Assembly: GCA_951406725.2 (NCBI GenBank)
Contig: OX597814.1
Coordinates: 118,606,001 to 118,670,000, forward strand
DNA length: 64,000 nt
Direction of reading: 5' to 3'
Origin: Octopus vulgaris
Lineage: Eukaryota
In this document: positions 39,625 to 53,770 of the stretch, piece by piece
Position numbering within the stretch: position 1 is the first letter of the stretch
Layout: the number at the start of each line of letters is the position of its first letter
Made by a program: the position numbers and the translations under genes
Notes under the pieces: model-generated
Seen by the model: only the letters and a program-made list of their open reading frames with translations
What the model was told of the DNA's origin: nothing
The model's database searches: none

Positions 39625-40282
39625 GTATATATATATATATATTTTATAAAATTCATTAGCTTACGTCTGTTTCCACTGTGAGTAGTCATGTATTTCAAGC
39701 GTGTAGCTCTGATTAAAGTACAAGGTCTTCCTTAGGGACGCAAATATAAATCCACCACACGGAATAGGGGAAACAGATATAAGCTATTAATGTTTATAAA
39801 ATAGTTGCTTAACTCGTCTAACGCTTCGTTCACAAGAATACATATAATGAGCGATATGTGCCAGTGAAAATGATCTTAGAAAGCGTCATGTTTTTCCAAA
39901 ATATTTCAGGTGCTTATGCAATATCAAGAAGGCATAGAGTCACTATCCTCACTATCACATTTATCTCATTAGAATATCGAACATGTGGCAGCTGAGAGGA
40001 AACGAGGTTTCACCAGTGCCTCACTAGGAGATATTTTCCCGCGCATAAAATGCTGAAAACTGACATGAAACGTATTACTGAGGGAACACAACACTGACAT
40101 TGCCAGGGATCGAATCCAAAGCCGAAAGATCATAAGTGTGATCCTCATTTATCACTTCATTATTCATTTAGTTCTGCTTGTATATGCGACTTGCATTTAA
40201 TGTCATTATTGCATATATATGTGTGTGTGAGTGTGTATATGTCTATGTGTATATTTACACTTATGCATTCACACAGAAACAA

Positions 40283-40345
<63 letters not shown>

Positions 40346-41169
40346 ATGATGCGATTAATGCAAATCGCGAAGCATGTTGCTCTTGGTGATTTATACTATT
40401 AAATAAGAAATACCTTAATTCCTTCGTAATTTAATGTTGAAGATCTTCTAAAGGCGTAAATCCCACTAAAGCTAAGCAATTATGGAGCCTCTACGTGAAT
40501 GCCCAGCTTTCAATAAGTAGTAATAAAATTTGAATCAAATCACAATATACCTTCTTCAATAAGTAACACATTTGAGGATGCGATTTTCAATGAATTGTGA
40601 AACAATGGTCAGCTTGTCAGAGATTATAGGTCATCTCGACAACAGTGGTTCAGTGCCCACAAAGCAAATGCACTCTGAACGAGCAAAACCGTGCTTCATC
40701 TAATTCCGTTGTCTTATTTGTGCACAGGCGGTTTTGGCAACAAGTTTGCTTGTAAACCAAATGATTCCAAGTTCAGACCTAACTTCGAGGCGCTTTTGGC
40801 AAGTGTCTTCTTCTATGGTCACGGGTTGTCCAAATCATATTTATGCTTAAATTAGAAGAATTTCTCTACATTGCAAGTTGTGGCTGAACAACAACGTCAG
40901 ACTCATATATATATATATTGTCCTTTATAAGAAAGCCTGAATACTATTTCATCATGCTTTCAATGAAAATACCTGAATGCTGCACGTTGCTAGCGGAGTC
41001 TAGTTACACAGTGTTGCTGTAGGAATGCTTGTGTGTAAGGACGTATATCTTTATAAGTCTATACATATATAGATATATAGAAAGAGTCATGCTGCATAGA
41101 TAAACACTAAAACATGAATAGTTGTGTATGCCACTCAGTGAGGCACTCGAACATTAGAAAAGGACGTGA

Positions 41170-41260
41170 TTATTATTTTTGTTCCAGAGATAGACAAAGG
41201 TTTTGACCGTGTTTGGCATGCGAATCTTCGCACAAAACTTACTTCGTATGTGTTTCGACA
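41170..41260 (+). mobile_element. Degraded CR1/Jockey-like RT fragment
   Basis: EIDKGFDRVWHANLRTKLTSY resembles LDxSKAFDRVWHxxLLxKLxSYG. Confidence 0.5.
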
Positions 41261-41517
41261 TTTTCTAAACAGTGGTCCTTGAAGATGGTTAGGTTGCAGA
41301 GCCTTTCACGAACCTGCCACAAACAAATGTGCTAATTCGTACCTCACCTAAACATCAGTTTCTGCAAAATTCTGCGTGACCATGCGTTTCTTGCGGGTAC
41401 TGTTCTCCAACATAAACAGCTACGTAGAGCCTCAAATCGCATGAGAATCATAAAATATAGAACCTGCGCATTCTATAATTTTATATGTGTGTGAATATGC
41501 ATACATGTTTATATACA

Positions 41518-41520
<3 letters not shown>

Positions 41521-41589
<69 letters not shown>

Positions 41590-41643
41590 GAAGGTGTTGG
41601 AGATGAATATATAAATATATATATGTATATGTGTGTGTGTATA

Positions 41644-41674
<31 letters not shown>

Positions 41675-41687
41675 ATATGTATATAGT

Positions 41688-41722
<35 letters not shown>

Positions 41723-41783
41723 GCAGACAAATTGATAGATAGATAGATGGATAAATAGATAAATAAATAGATAGACATACAGT

Positions 41784-41835
<52 letters not shown>
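41521..41835. repeat. (TA)n and (GATA)n microsatellites
   Basis: Direct reading. Confidence 0.95.
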
Positions 41836-42289
41836 CAATTGAAGAACTGTTTGAACTTAAACGATGGCATAGAAAACATCGAAAATAGTGTAATAGGAAG
41901 GTACCATCTAATTGCAACATCATTCGTCTGTGACTAACATCAGGAAGCTAGACTGCGAACACGAGTTGCTTTAATTTCTCAGCTGTACATTTCCCCAAAC
42001 GCACTACAGAACGTTTCGCAAAGTTTTTCATCTGAGAATGTTACAATGAAATTCGATGTTGCTTTCAGTAACACATCAGAGCAAACAATCCAGCTGTACA
42101 AATCCTCAAAGAAAACAGAAGACATTCAAACATTACATGACGTAGACATCTTCCTAACATTCATCATCTGAGAGTAAATATTGAGTGTTTTAGATATTCC
42201 CACGGGAAAAGTTCAAGACCAAATGTTTTACTTCGAATAATGCAGTCATGGAGGTAGCAGTCAGATAGCTTAGAAAAAATAAAATGAGG

Positions 42290-42668
<379 letters not shown>

Positions 42669-43696
42669 TATGCATATATCATATATATATATATATATAT
42701 AAATAAATAGATACATACATACATACATTTGTATAAATATACATAGATACACGATATACATACAAACATATCGAATTATTCAGTCTTTGTATGCGTGGAT
42801 GAGAACAAACATCGGGTTGAATTTTCTATAATAAAGTTTTGAAGGCGTACCCGGCGTCTGCTATAAGCTGATTACGCATAAGATCGACTTAATAATCTAC
42901 TGTTTTAGAATGAGAGCTAGAAAGAAGAAAGGTCACTTGCAAGTTAGCATCAGTTATCCGTTGTCTGTTAATAGCCACAAATTAAGACGTAAAAATAATT
43001 ACTATCATTATAACAAAAGGTCATTGATTTCTTTGAAGTAACACTATTATATTATCTTTCATACTTCAAAACGCTTTTTTTTTCAACAACTCGTACATGA
43101 AAGTAATCTTTTTTCCACACAGACTATTAACGGAAGAACCATACTTATCGTAAAAAGGATATGTTCCTACAAACAATCACTGAATAATTATCAGTTTTGG
43201 ATCAATAATATTTTAGAATGATCACATAAGCAGTGCCATAAAATATTATAAGCGAAAATTATCTCCATTCCAAACATTGCGTTTGTTTTTGTATTGAAGA
43301 ACAATTATTCTGATTCAGATCCCGTCTAAATATTTGTTGGCTTCTACCGTAAGCCAGCTAAACCATCTGAAAACGAATATAACAAAATAAATCTCTGAGA
43401 AAACATATTTTATATGCGTTATATAGTTACCATTTATTGTACGAATCGATAAGTATTCCTGCAATCACTTGACGGAAGGGAATGTCAATCCGTGTCAAAA
43501 CAGACACCAGATTCAGTAACCAGTATTTCGAAGCTGTTTCATCACTAAGTTTTCCGATTAATTCTGTTCAGCTCCATATTGCTGTAATTATTAGCCCACA
43601 TAATGATTTCATCGCTATGCATTAGAGAGAGTTTCATGCATTCATACGTACATACATGCATTCATACATACATACATACATACATACATACATACA

Positions 43697-43728
<32 letters not shown>

Positions 43729-44084
43729 CAAAAAGACAAATCTGTACCTACAATGACTCCAAATACTGCACGCATACACACATACACACATATACAAACA
43801 TAGTCTGTTGAAGTTAGAATTGCAATGAAGGAGCTTTGAATCTAAATTAGAAACCGTCTCCTTATTGGCAAGAAATTTTCAAACAAATCCGACTAATGAC
43901 ATTCATGCTTACATATACCCAGACTAACAAAACGTTGGATGAAGTTTCAGCGTATCAAAAGCTACAGAGACTCGGCTGAGTTAGAAAAATTTCGAGTGTT
44001 TAAATAACTTGCTAAAAGACAGAAGCGAGACAGTATCGGCCAATGAAGTTCTCTCCATTGAAACATTAATAGCGAGTTTAGTGA

Positions 44085-44230
44085 TTCAGGGAAATGTCTA
44101 GGTGCAGCTGCTGTTATTAGTGGTTTTCTCAGCCATGCCGTCTGTTACGCAAGCAAACACTCTTAATAGCTATGTTGACGATACCAAAGTAGTACACGAA
44201 GGTAGGTATCCTCTCGATGTTATCTTCTAC
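44085..44230 (+). mobile_element. CR1-like RT catalytic fragment
   Basis: LLLLVVFSAMPSVTQANTLNSYVDDTKV (a YADD-like motif). Confidence 0.6.
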
Positions 44231-44269
44231 AGAAAGACTGGGTTATCGCATACCAAGAGGGTGGCTCGG

Positions 44270-45830
44270 TGCTCCGCATTTCTGTTGTTTTCCTTTCGCC
44301 GCTGATGCTTCTCAACTTGTTTGTTTCTGTAGCTGCTCTCTAGCGAAGCAGTTCATTCCTTCACCACAGTCCTCCATCTTGTTCTGTCCTCAGCCCTCTC
44401 TTCCCAGGTGTTGACATCCACCTCACACTTGGACAAACTAGTTTTGCCAGTGTCCTTATACCTCAGTTTTGGTCTTCCTCTTGGTCTATTGCCCTGGTTT
44501 CCTCTGGGTTTCTTTGGTCTTCCTCTTGGTCTCTTGCTCCATAGAGCATTTGCTTCGGGATTCGATGGTCATTCACTCTCCTGACATGCCCCAGCCACCT
44601 TAGGTTTCTCATACACAAGATATCTGTCATGCTTTGAAGATTCGCCTGCGCCAGCACTTCAACATTTGTGACATTGTCGCGCCATGTTAGGCCTAAGATC
44701 TAAGGGAGACATCCAAGATCGAAAATGCCGAATCACCTTTCATGCCTGCTGTAAAAAGTCCGCGTTTCACATCCATAGAGGAGTGTGCAGAGAACACATG
44801 CTTCATAAATCCTAATTTTTGTCTTGATGTCTAATCTCTTGTCCTTTCATACTCGTTTTGTCAGCTTTCCAAATGTTGTTGCTGCCTTCCCTATCCTGAC
44901 GTTAATCCCATCATCAAGTGAAGCAGTAGAATAAATGGTAGACACTAGAGAGCAGAACCTGTCCACTGTCTCAAGCTCTTTGTCATCAAGTTTGATATGG
45001 CTTTTCACTGCGCCCTCCTGACAGAGGATGACTCTCTTCTTTATACTGATGACCAAACCGAAGGTTTTGCATGTTGATGATAGGTATTCCATCATTATTT
45101 GTAGAGTTAATTCACTGTGAGCAGCAAGTGCCGTGTTGATGTTGAAGTCGTCTGATACTAAACCGTCAAACTAAACGGTGGCGTTCATGTCATCATAGAA
45201 CGAAACAATGAGCTGCAACAATATTGTGGGGGGAGAGCCATATTTTACAAGCACCATTTACTGTCCTGATCTGCTGACTGTATCAAATGCCTTTGTCAGA
45301 TCCACAAATGCTATACATAGTGGTTTTTGCTGCTCCCGGCATTTTTCTTGCAGTTGACAAATGTGAAAGATCATATCCATTGCTGAGCCGTTAGATGTAA
45401 AACCGTACTAGCTCTCTGGTAATACTCTTTTTGCTAGCTTCTGAAGCCGTTTAAGAATGATCCCCATAAACGCATTCCCAGTGATTCTCAGAAGTGAGAT
45501 TCTTCTTTAGTTTATTGCAATCTCTCCTGTCCCCTATATTTTTGTAGAGAGTGATGATCTCGTGTTCTCTCATATCCTGTGGAATGTTTACTTCCAGCCA
45601 ATACGTCTTTAGTAACTTGTATAAATGTGGAAGGTGGGCAGTTTTTTCCCTTTCAACACACCAGCAGGTATATAGTCATTTCCGGGTGCTTTTCCGCATG
45701 CAAGTTCATCGATTGCACTGGAGAGTTCTCCTTCCGTTGGTGGTATATCAAATCCTGTCATTTCGGGGAACTGAGAAATGGCGTCATCAATCTGTCCATC
45801 AACATCTCGCTCCTTTCTGTACAATTTAGA
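44270..45830 (-). mobile_element. Decayed RTE-clade LINE RT region
   Basis: PPTEGELSSAIDELACGKAPGND; AFVDLTKAFDTVSR; INVRIGKAATTFGKLTKRV; LRWLGHVRRVNDHRIPKQMLYG. Confidence 0.9.
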
Positions 45831-46026
45831 GAATATGTTGATATTTTGCAGTTAAAAAATTATATTAAAGCGATGTCTCTATTTTCTGAATTTTAATTTG
45901 AAGATTTATACTTAAACCTATTATTTTATGAATATTAATATTCATAAAAGAATAATAGGCAATGAACTTATTTTTATCCCTGAATGAGGCTATTTCAACC
46001 TCTCTCTCTCTCTCTCTCTTTCCCCC

Positions 46027-46119
<93 letters not shown>

Positions 46120-47888
46120 GTATAGATGCCCGACTTGTCGTGAATGCACGTGTGGGCAGTATATATACACTTATGTGGAAATATAAGCGCTCTCCTGTGT
46201 ATAGAGGACTGTCACCGATGCCCTGGTGTTTCAAGGCAATTTAAACGAATGTGTTCGTGGTTGAAGTATATGCACAGCAGTAAATATATATACAAGCATA
46301 GTTACCAACGTGTTAGTGAATCTGTACAATTTGAGATATACGTACACATACGCATATTTGCGTGTTTCATTCTTCTTTACTTATTATATTGCAGAATTCT
46401 GCATCACTGTACACATTTCCAATTCATTTTATGCTTTTGTAGCCATAAGTTAATGAAAAAGTGTGCGATCTGTTACTGCTTCATGATTACTATTGAACTT
46501 CCAGCTTGCTTGTGTAATTTGAAATCCATCAGTTCAAAAACTTAGTGTGTGACGCTCTTCGCTCCTGCCAGTCGATTCATTCACATTGGAACTTTTCACT
46601 ATTAAAGCGTTTTCCAGCTATAAGCAATAATTTCTCGCATTACTTTTGTCGTTGATCCAGGAAGACATCGCGTAATTATAATTTTAAATTCTTCCGAACA
46701 CTTCCACCGATGTTCTTATACAAAATTTTGTAATTGAATTTTCTGTGGAGTCTTTGCAAGAGAATGTTTCTTTGTCATTTCTATTGTCATCAACCGAGTG
46801 GAAGCACAACAGAGGCAGTAAGTGGTGGTGGTGTTTGTAATAACATTCTACTCAAGATCTGGAGTACAGAATTGATGTTTAATTATATGAATACTGAGAG
46901 AAACATTCTGAAGCCTGCGCAGTGCCTGATGTTATCAGTGTTTCTTTTTTCAAACACCAAGAATCTCTTAGGTTTAAATCCAAGCGCTGCATGATATCTT
47001 TTCTGTGATGAGTACAATAATAAATCTAACAGAGGCTTTGTTTTATAATTTGAAAACCGCCATAAAAGAATAATGAGTTCAACTTAAAATAAGCAGAAGG
47101 CATCCTAAAGTGTTACTGCTTGGTATTACAGAAAACTGTATTTTTCCATATTGATCGCATATATCTGTTTCTCTTTCGACGAGAAGGGCTTTATGGTATC
47201 TAGCTTATTACATTTGGAACCCGTAGGAAATCATTGGCTTACTGGGTGTAGACGTTGCGTTATCACCATATTTACTGTGTAAGCTATGCCGTCGTTTGCA
47301 TCTATCAATATTATCTACTACTATTTCAAAATGCTTCTGAAATACCTGTCCGCAGACCTTGAGCCCAGCATTAAGCGTTGCCAAAACTGGGCAAATCTTC
47401 CATTTTTTTAATACTTGAAAATGTCGTCATCTTCCCAAAAGAAAATGAGAGGTTTAACATTCTGTTTTATCTGAAATTGTTATGCCTCTTTATTTCATTT
47501 ATGTATAAAATTGTCGACACCTTTCAAATTTGATTATGTACAAATTTTCGTTATGTACACATATGCCTTATAAGGACCAGAATACGCCTACTGTGATAGT
47601 ATATTTTAGCGCTAAAAGTGAACATGCGATACTTGGACTTCAGAGCCGTTATTTACTCTCCGCATGTAAACATATGCATAGACACGTTATAATAATGTGA
47701 TGAAATGCATAACAAGCATGCAATTATTAAATTGCTGCAATGTAGACCATCTTTATCAAGATATATCAAAATAGCGAATTGGCATTAAATGGTGTACCGA
47801 TAACAAATATAATATATAACTCTGATACACGCTGATACACGGATTTGCATATGCACATGAATACATACATGCATACATACACACACAC

Positions 47889-48582
47889 ACAGGTATAACT
47901 TAGAGGTGCTTAAAACCTCTAGGGGATTGTATCATCCAAAGGTGCTCCTGGTGATTACAAACTTTATTAAGAAAGGTTTAGTACATAGCATTAGCAATAG
48001 AATATTGCGCCTCTCTTCCAACCAATATATTTTATAAGCATAGGGAAATCTATAATATCGCACAAGATGAAGCAGGATCTAATCAAAAAATTAAATACCT
48101 ACACCCCAATTACTAGACAAATATCCTAAATAACAGAAATCCGCATGATAATCCCATTAACACTAACAACGTACCAAACGCCACTACGAAATACACCGAC
48201 AATAAAAATTGTATTGATAAGCTCAACAAAAATAATAGCAATAGAAACAATATTAAGTCCCATGCACAAATCACCAATATTACAAACAACAACTATATGA
48301 ATACTAACAATGTGATAATCAATAAAATTAACAACATTAACAAAACTAATATCACGAATAGTAAAATTAAGTCGGAAAATAATAATAAGAATAATATAAA
48401 CAAAACATCGATAAGAATAAAAATAAAGAGCCGCAAAGAGTAAACCGATAAACCCGGTTAAAAATCATAACATCAATTCATTGAGTCGACATCAACCATA
48501 CAGAAATAACCCCAGTAAAACAGGAGCACCTTTGGATTTAATCATCCTTTATAGGTTTTAAACACCTCTAACTTATACCTGT
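47889..48582 (+). mobile_element. PLE RT-thumb fragment between 62 bp inverted repeats
   Basis: IRs at 47889-47950 and 48521-48582. 47966-48110 reads IKKGLVHSISNRILRLSSNQYI/YKHREIYNIAQDEAGSNQKIKY (one frameshift), then an Asn-rich stretch. Confidence 0.65.
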
Positions 48583-49154
48583 CTATTATGTAAAATCTCT
48601 TCTGTCTGTCTGTATGTGTGTCTTCTAGGATCTCGGGCATTCTCTATCCGATTGCGCTCACATTTGATATGTAGACACCAACGGTATCAGAGCGTGTATA
48701 AGTCTTGAAAAAATTACAAACATCGATGCCAAGTGAGAATACGATCGATAAAGCCGTGAGAACGAGCATTTGTACTCGCAAGTACATCAGCTGTGGCAAT
48801 CGATACTATGCATACGCGAGAAAAATGCACGTACACTTTGCGCAAATGTAGAAGGCTGGCTTGAAATAATGTCACTAAATGCAGTATATTTAAGAGACCC
48901 AAAAAGTAACATGCAAAAGAGTTATTTTCTTCAAAATTGGTATGAACGACGGAAATGCTATGTGGTTTCTCAAGAAGTTTTTTTTTGCCTTAACTTTCTA
49001 TCTTTATTCTTCATTTGCTGGTGTCTCAAATTTAGGTTAAATCAGTGTTTGTCAAAGAGGAGGCCTATGGGACGGTCGGACAAGTTGATTTGAGAAACTT
49101 TGGTTTAAATGTTTGACAACTCAGCACCGTCTATCTGACGGGGGGCGTTTTGCT

Positions 49155-49196
<42 letters not shown>

Positions 49197-49214
49197 AGAG
49201 AGAGAGAGAGAGGA

Positions 49215-50730
49215 GAAATAGTGAAGATAAACCCAACTATAGAAATAAACTCGATAGTTATAACAACAACTTCACACACACCTTACAAACAATGCGGGTA
49301 GTTTCTATACCAGACATAGAAATACTAACAATAAACGTAATAGTTATAAGATCTGGCTAGTAATCCGTTTCGCCATGCACCTCAAAACCAATATAATTCT
49401 CTCGCTAATGAAACTAACACATAAACATTTATACATAGATAATAAATATGCAGCAATATTTAAGAATAAAATTAGAGTAGGCCACAGCTACCGTCATCGC
49501 CTCGCTTAATAATAAAAAAAATGGACACTATGAAGCTAGGAAAATTAGGAACAATGAATCTAACAACCAAACAGATTAATAGAACAAAACCCACCACTAA
49601 TGAAGCGCATCTTAGTAACACAGAGAAAGACCCGAGAAGTAATAGCCCCTACAACTCAACACGAATACAGATATACCTAATAATTTATGTGGCATCAGGG
49701 ATAGAATTAAGTGCCAATTCTCTAATAGATGTAAGTCTAAAATCGTAGTTCATCAATGTGACGTACACAGAAATAGCCGAATAAAATGCTATATAAGATC
49801 CACGAAAAACTAAATGATACTTAGGTACAATGAACACCAATCTAGCTTCAGAAATAGGCGTAAGGCAAATTCAACAGGGCTTAGTATCTGTATCTGGAAG
49901 CTTAAGGACAAAAAAAAACAGAATATAGATTAGAAAGGTTCATACTCGCAAAAACAACTTCTTACACCTCTACCAATATGTTTAACCGAACGCCTGGAAA
50001 TTCTAACGGCTAAACCACCTCTTCTTAATACATATAGACCTCATTGTCTTTTACGAAATATCGGTAAACCTGCTTGACCCTGTACAAATCCTACGCTAGC
50101 ATCTTCATCTAAATAATACCATTAATCCGGGAACCACTTAAACTACTTACGCGCAAACATTCACCTCCCAAATCTCACTCGCTTTACACACCCCATATTA
50201 AATTATATTACACCTACACAGGGCTTCCTCCTTTATTACGAACTTCCTACAACTTGAAGTCCAACACATAAATTCCTTGCTCACCCCGGACTGAGAAAAT
50301 CCGGATAGAGTTATCCTCCTTTTCACCATGAGTTAACGTTAACCCCATTTCTTTACACCGCCGGTGGAAAATCTAGCCAGAATAAATACGTGGATAATAT
50401 GCGCTTTCTTAAACTAGGGACTACAGTTCAAAATAACCTCAATCATACTCCCACTTCGCAGAAGATTTATCAACTAACAAATCTTCTATAACGTAAGACT
50501 CACCATTCTTTGTCTGTGTTCTCGTTACCAATGTATCGCTATGTCTCTCGCTATTCTTACCCTTCCATATGACTCTGCATTTTGATGATATCTACCAGCA
50601 CAACTGGTAAACAGAAACGATCGTAAATGTAATATTACTACCACTTTTCTCTATGAATTAATTAAATTATTGGCTTACTAGCGCAAACGACAAATTCTTC
50701 TTGTTATTTTTCCTCCATATGCTTCTTTCG
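49215..50730 (+). mobile_element. 5'-truncated Penelope-like element: linker, GIY-YIG endonuclease remnant and HHR pseudo-LTR
   Basis: KIWLVIRFAMHLKTNI...KH (49348); KCQFSNRCKSKIVVHQCDV...CYIRST...RYNEHQSSFR...NSTGLSICIWKLKD; PICLTERLEIL...LLN (to ~50030). HHR at 50577; ends at (TA)n. Confidence 0.8.
50577..50630 (+). ncRNA. Hammerhead ribozyme in PLE 3' region
   Basis: gcatt-TTGATGA-tatctaccag cacaa ctggtaaaca-GAAA-cgatcg-TA-aatgt. 5 bp stem I, long stem II, ACGATCGT stem III, C3 changed to U. Confidence 0.72.
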
Positions 50731-50734
50731 TATA

Positions 50735-50765
<31 letters not shown>

Positions 50766-50766
<1 letters not shown>

Positions 50767-51076
50767 ACGTCTCTCATTTCAAGCCTAGCCAGGCTCATAG
50801 GCCCGGTTTCCCTGTTTCTGTGGCCTATGTGTCCCCCTCCCCAGCTGGATGGGAAGCCAATCCATCACAGCTTTACCCAAGAAACAGGAAGAGAGAGTGA
50901 GAGAAAGTTGTAGCGAAAGAGTACAACAGGGGTCGCCATCCCCCCCTGTCGGATCCTCGTGGAAGTTATTTAGGTGTTTTCTCTCAATAAACACACACAA
51001 CACCCGGTCTGGGAATCGAAACCTCGATCCTCCGACCGCGAGTCCGCTGCCCTAACCACAGGGCCATTGCGCCTCC
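50766..51076 (-). mobile_element. SINE A
   Basis: CCCTAACCACAGGGCCATTGCGCCTCC head, with a further tail type. Confidence 0.85.
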
Positions 51077-51081
51077 ACACA

Positions 51082-51230
<149 letters not shown>

Positions 51231-52660
51231 AAGACAAAAGAATAAGAGTATTCGTGCCAACATTTTATAATTATTACATTGGTTTGGACACACACGAACT
51301 GCCATAAAACCATAAAGCAATTAACGAATTGGGTTGCCGCTAGCCAATTTCTCAGACTACTTAGCATTACTGTACTATATATATTGAGAATTTCGAAGAA
51401 CTATATCGTTAGAGGTTAGGTCGCAGAATATGAGAGTTATAATTTTAACAGTTTAGCAGGCCAAGTCTCAAAATCACTGGCACCCTCATCCATAAAATAT
51501 TTCAGTAGTATTGTCCCCACGAATTTCTCTTTTTATTATGCTCTCTTTAAGTTACAACAACTTTTCCATTTCACTGCAATTTGTAAAGCGTTAAATTACT
51601 TTGCAAAACAAATACACACACACTCAAATATGTCTCTCCGTGTCTGAGTGTGTGTATGTGTATGCGTGTGCGCGTTTGAGTGAGTGTGGGTATAGCGATG
51701 ACTATATATATATATATAAATATATATATATCTTTAGGCGGAGGGTTGGGAACCTGAAGTTATCATAACTTACAGATTTCAAGATAATTAGGAGGACACT
51801 TACATTGATTTCTGAAACCATCTGGTTTTGCCTTATCTACAATGGTTATATATATATATGTGTGTTTTTCGTCATTTAACAAATAATGCAACAGATACAG
51901 GCACCATTAAAATGACACTAAATTCAATGTTTATTTAAACCATTTTTATCTGCATCAATCAATGGAACAATGAATCATTTGATAAAAATCTCATCCCGAC
52001 ACAAGGATCGAGTTTTATAATTAATCATACGGTAGTGTTTGTTCACCTCTGCGCTTTTACTGTTGAAGCTACATAGCTTTGTTATCAATGAGTCATTTTG
52101 CATAAAACCGAAGCGAACCATTTTCTATTTGCATGTTAATATATTTTAACGTTGATTCACATATCTTCTTTTTCTTTTGGATACTCTTGGCGCCATAAAC
52201 ATGGATCAATTACGTATTTTAAATTATGGAACCGATTATTGCAAAGATAAATGCAGATAAAACATGCAAAATAATAAATAGGGGAATTTAGGAAATAATT
52301 TAGAATAAGAAAGTAACATTGCCTATCCGAGACGTGAGGGACTGATATAAGATTAGGCTATTCATGACAAAATACAGGAAATATAATTTCATTCTTCATT
52401 CATCTTTAAAACAACCCTTTATCTCATTGAGAGGAAAGTTCAGAGGAAACTTTGTGTGATAGCTATGAGCGATATTCAAAATAATATCCAGATGATTTCA
52501 TATAATTTTAAGTTCTAAAAGAACGATCACAGGAGGTGATAAGCATATTGGCGCCCTAACAGTAATATGTTGACAATATAATAACAATATACGTATCACT
52601 CTCTTTCTTTGTCTCTCGCTCACTCACACAAACACCCATACACACACAAACATATATACG

Positions 52661-52698
<38 letters not shown>

Positions 52699-52706
52699 TA
52701 TATATA

Positions 52707-52737
<31 letters not shown>

Positions 52738-52844
52738 GTTTATATATATATGATTATTATTTATATATATATATATGTGTGTGCGCGTGTGTGTGTGTGT
52801 GTATTATATATATATACTTTGTTATACATGTATATATATAGTTG

Positions 52845-52985
52845 AAATTTACAGAAAAAGAAAAAAAAACGAAGGCAGGTGTATGAACAGCAAGCAGGTA
52901 TATTAGTTTCACGCTCGGGATAGTAAGAAAGATTTTGTTTCGAACCGACGCTCTTCAACAGAAAACAATATGAGGCGGGGGAGTC
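52845..52985 (-). mobile_element. Family H repeat with degenerate HHR at 52933-52965
   Basis: Minus strand tttt-CTGTTGA-a-gagc gtcg gttc-GAAA-c-aaaa (stem III deleted). Confidence 0.55.
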
Positions 52986-53281
52986 CATTACGTTTTACAT
53001 GCATATGCATATACGTATGTATATATGTGTTCGTGCGTGTTTGTGTATGTATGTATGTGTCTGTATGCCTGTGCACGCGTGTGTTTATTACACTTTGTCA
53101 ATACGAGGGTTGATTAGTAACTTCAAAGTTTCGACCTGCTTACTGTGATGAAAGCTAGCAGGCCAATTCTATATGACACTGTCAATCATCTTCGTGAACA
53201 AGTTTATTAAGGAAGTATTCTTCTAAAAGATAGTGAGTAATTCTTTGGTTTAATACACATACACACGAACACGTACACATA

Positions 53282-53338
<57 letters not shown>

Positions 53339-53339
53339 T

Positions 53340-53770
<431 letters not shown>

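Noticed and set aside
45044-45070. CTGATGA-ccaaacc-GAAG
   Set aside because: Lies in the antisense of RTE coding sequence, with no stems.
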